Shown one piece after another: positions 59,796 to 64,000 of a stretch of DNA of 64,000 nucleotides. A program made the translations under genes and the position numbers. Location: the NCBI GenBank assembly GCA_964188305.1, contig OZ076889.1. One strand, written 5' to 3'. Position 1 is the stretch's first letter, and every line of letters starts with the position of its first letter. The notes under the pieces are model-generated. The model made no database searches, was not told the origin of the DNA, and was given only the letters and a program-made list of their open reading frames with translations. This stretch comes from Podarcis bocagei (Eukaryota).

Positions 59796-61635
59796 CTAAG
59801 AGAATAGAAGAAGAAACAAGATAGGTAATAGAATTCCATTAAGCCCAATACAAATGGCCAAATTATCCTCAGAGGGCAGATCCTTGCCCTGCCTTTACTT
59901 GATCTTCTGTATAACCTGTCAATGGGTAGGGAAGATTTTAGGAGCTTAAGGATTTTGGAACATAAGATGACACTGCTGGATCAGGCCAAAGTCCCACCTG
60001 GTCCAGCACCCAGTTCCCACGGTGGTCAACATATGAAGCTGCTTTGTACCAGGTCAGAAGTATTTGCCCACCCTAGGTCAGGATTCCTGCAAGACTATGC
60101 TAAGATTCTGAAACCTCACCTTTTCAGGTACTTGCCTTATGAAAACATCCTGTTACTCTGCATTTCTTAAGCTCTAATTAAAATAACAAAAATAATTCCT
60201 TCTTATATCACTACTGCATCTTTCTGAGGAATGTCTTATTTCAGGAAGGGGTATGTTAAAAACAACAACTAAACTACCATTTTGCAAGCAGAGTGTCAGG
60301 CACAAGAGAAATGGCCTTTTCTGTGGTAGCCCCATGCTTCTGGAACTCCTAACTGGTTGAAATCCAGAAGTGCACCACATTCCAATATATTTGGAAAGCT
60401 GGTTTCAAGTGGCTTTTGGATAGGCAATGTTATTCTTTTACAGCTGAACTGATGGACTAAGGTCACATCCATGCCACACATTTGACTTATCCCTGGCAAA
60501 ATGGCCCTGGATTGAACAGAAATTAGTTTACCTCCTCTATTGTTGTCCTCTACCACCCCCCCCCAAAAAAAATCCCAAGCAACTTTCTATTTAAGAAGAA
60601 CTTGATGAACCAACTCCTTGACACAATTTCTCATTGTAGGAACTGCCAGCATCTTTAGCCGTAAAGCAAAGACCAGTGGAGTGCTGTTTTAGCCAAAGCA
60701 CAGGAACAAATGCCTCTCAGTGTCTCCATGCTGCGACCTTTCTCCGAATATCCGCTTGTTTGTTTTTATTTTAAGACCCTAGATTAGGCAGGGGAATGGA
60801 CAGCTGAACAAACTGCAGCTCGCCAAGTGCAGTCAGTCACAAAAGCACATGCAGAGAGAAATAAATCTCATGCCAAAAAAAGAAAGAAAGAAAACCACCC
60901 CACTCTAGGAGGAGAATCTGCTTCCAGAACTAATTTGCCATCACATTTGGCCTTTAAAAAACATTTTGCACAAGGGGAGGGAGGGGAGGGGGGGAATTAA
61001 AAGCACAGGAAAGGTCAAGAGCTAATGATCTCTCAATGATGTGGAGCTTGCCTTAAGGGTGCCACTCTGGGACGCTGCTCCATTTGGGTATTCTCCACCC
61101 AGCCCTGCCCTGGGCTCAGCTTGGGAGCATTCATGCCAAGGGGATAAATCATAGAAGCAGCTATGTGTCAACAGCTTTGCATTTCCAAGCCAAAAAAAAC
61201 CAACCAAAACTCTCTAGACTCAGCACTTCAAATTCACGCATGTTCAGAGACCAGGGCTGGATGAATTGAAGGCAAAGCAACAGAAGTGAGTTGTTTGTTT
61301 GCCCCCACCAGAGAAACTCTAGGCAAAAGCCCTTGCTGAAGTGGAAGAGGAAGGAAGTTTTCAAACTGTAAGAGGTGTAACACTCACCTTGCAACCACTG
61401 GAGGATCAAAGAGATCACTTAACACAGAACTAGATATATTTATGAAGGGCTGATGACTTGGTGTGTGTGTGGGGGGGGGGGGAGCCTCAATTATGGCCTG
61501 TTAGTATCAGTATGCATCCTCTTCCTAGACTATGATATTCTGAAGTATTTCTCCATGTTGCTCAGTATCAGGGACTGCTTTGACTAGAAATAAGAGAATT
61601 TTTAATTGAGAGCTTTGCTGACATTCATTGGCTTA

Positions 61636-61981
61636 AAAAGGTAAAGGGACCCCTGACCGTTAGGTCCAGTCGTGGCCGACTCTGGGGTTGCGGCGCTCAT
61701 CTCGCTTTATTGGCCAAGGGAGCCGGCGTACAGCTTCCAGGTCATGTGGCCAGCATGACTAAGCCACTTCTGGTGAACCAGAGCATCGCATGGAAACACT
61801 GTTTACCTTCCCGCTGGAGCGGTACCTATTTATCTACTTGCACTTTGATGTGCTTTCGAACTGCTAGGTTGGCAGGGACTGAGCAACGGGAGCTCACCCC
61901 GTCGTGGGGATTCAAACCACCGACCTTCTGATCGGCAAGCCCTAGGCTCTGTGGTTTAGACCACAGCGCCACCCGTATCCC
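61636..61981 (-). mobile_element. Sauria SINE, full length
   Basis: 13-bp TSD attca(t/a)tggctta at 61623-61635 and 61982-61994. Confidence 0.92.
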
Positions 61982-64000
61982 ATTCAATGGCTTACTGATG
62001 CACTTAGGTGATACATAATGCACTCGTTTTATATATTTATCTGTGTTTGCCACTTTATAAGGAAAAAACAAAGCCATTTACAGCAACATCTTTATAATAA
62101 TAATAAAAACCATGAAAAATAAAACAAAATCAGAGGCTTTCAACTAACTATTAAGGAAAGATGTTTTCTTAATTGCCTGTGTTTGGCAGCACAGAAAAAT
62201 TGCCCAGCAGGCTCTAAAAGGTTAGAACGTAAGGTGTCTGCTGAATCTCTATCAGCAGAGCATTCCACTTATTTGCCACAACAAAGGTGAAAAACTTTAC
62301 TCGCAGTTGGCTGTTAGGGGGGACAGGTAAATTTCCTTCCCTAGCTTGATCACTTAGGGCCCAATAAGAGTCCATCGCAAAGTACACATGCCAATAAGTA
62401 CCAGAAAGGCAGGTGGGAAGCAGCAGTGACTGGTGCTGATGAAAAGTTCTTTCTAAAACCACTCAGGTGTTATTGCTGCCTTGCCTGTCCACCAGGACAG
62501 GTGGGGTGCTGCCCCACCAACCTCAGACTGCCCTGAGCCACCCCCACCTGTCAACTTCCTCTTCTTTAGTCTAAGTGTTGCCCCATCACAGATCCCAGGG
62601 CAGATTGCAATAACCAGAACAAAGAATAGCACTCATGAAACAGAATAAACAAGAACAGGTAAAATAACATAACTAAAACTGCAGAATGACACATACACCC
62701 CGGCAGACTAAATCAACATCTCACAAATGCCGGAGCAGATAAATGTGTTTTAAGTTGATGCCAAACTGGAAAATGAATGGGCTGTGGAACTCCTTGCTAC
62801 AAGGAAGACACTGTGTCAAAGAGGTTAGCAATTTCTGAAGATGAATTAGATATCAGTAGAAAACTATGCCAAACTGCCACCATTTTGTGACTGGTTCTGT
62901 CCGTGCGGCACCATTTTCTGACAGGTGGGGCTAGTAATTTTCAAGCCATCTCAGGTGGGCCCTATGGAACCCCTATTCTACACTGGTTGGCAGTGGCTCT
63001 CCAGTCTTTCCCAGCCCTGCCTGGAAGTGCCAAGGTTTGAACCGGAGACCTTTTCCATGCAGGAAAAGGGCTTTTCCACTGAGCTATGACTGCCCTCCAC
63101 CTGCCTTTCAGCTATTGTGATTGTGGGTCTGTGTCATCCAGCTATCGTTCGATCGCATGCGCTCCTTTAAAATCAGAAGCACAAGTCAAGATCTTTTCCT
63201 TTTGGATCCTCTCCACATGGAGCATAGTTCACATCTGTGTTCAATCAAATCAGCTGCTAAAATGTCACAATGCTCTCATTCACAGGTAACACAGAGAACA
63301 TTTAGCTGGTAATAAAACAACCTAGGTATTAGAGGGGAACAGCCCTTCAGATATACAGTACTGGAAAGTACTTGGTAGGAAAACTCTAAATTGACCCCGT
63401 GCCACGGGCTTTCCTAATGATGGATTGTGAAATGAGAACATCTGAGCACATAAGGGCAACACTCAAAATGAAACCATTAGGAAACCCATGAGTGAAATAG
63501 CCCGCGTCCTTTCATGACAAGCTGATTCCATTTGCCATTCCTTTAATGTTTCTTTAATAAATGTGTGCCACACTTTAACACAATTGCATCTGTGCCTGAG
63601 CCAGGCGATGCAGCGTGTCTCAACCTTGGTGGGCCACATGCCTGGAGGGCCTTTAACTTTTGTAAACTTGTGATGTGCGGTATATATATATTTTTAAGAA
63701 AGGGTTCTCACTGTACTGCACATAATTAACAAGACTTATTGGTGATATCTATATAATATCCCTGCAATGTTTGCCAAGCATTTCCATGCTGGCAAATTGC
63801 AACAGCTTTATATATATATTTAGCATTATAAAAAGATGTGGCAGGGCAGAATAGGACCAGCTAATGCACATCTCTACAGTCTATTTTAATCAAGACAATT
63901 ATTGCCATCACAAATACAAGCAATTTCAAAATTATTGAAGATAGTTATTCATGGTTTGTAAAGCCCCAGGTTGAATGTACTAAAGTTCTACTTGAATCAA

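Noticed and set aside
23708-61981. Five of six Sauria SINEs are sense to EYA2
   Set aside because: Sample too small to indicate orientation bias.
59796-64000. Search for a further upstream EYA2 exon (for example ORF 61022-61207)
   Set aside because: No EYA2-like peptide with splice sites found; the remaining exons are presumably outside the window.

Overview
Vertebrate genomic DNA, almost certainly a squamate and probably a lacertid lizard (inferred from the Sauria SINE, BovB, CR1, L2 and hAT/mariner MITE complement). Two genes converge tail to tail. On the + strand are the last two exons and 3' UTR of ZMYND8 (about 1-3250). On the - strand are 11 coding exons of EYA2 (59795 down to the stop at 13346), with perfect GT-AG phasing and an intact HAD tyrosine-phosphatase EYA domain; its 5' exons lie beyond the window. 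The rest is intron and intergenic sequence rich in transposable elements, several with resolvable target-site duplications (TSDs) and nested insertions, plus one 139-nt assembly gap. The most notable observation is that both terminal ZMYND8 exons are open in two reading frames. One matches the human C-terminus as I recall it, the other is a T/V/P/Q-rich tail ending RRV*, and the human-like tip reappears just past that stop. Other leads: a possible cryptic spliced ORF between the two genes, a PBX-HOX/MEIS/TCF enhancer-like block in the last EYA2 intron, a solo LTR carrying an ORF inside a SINE, and TE families known for horizontal transfer. All comparisons with human proteins and TE consensuses are from memory and need database confirmation.
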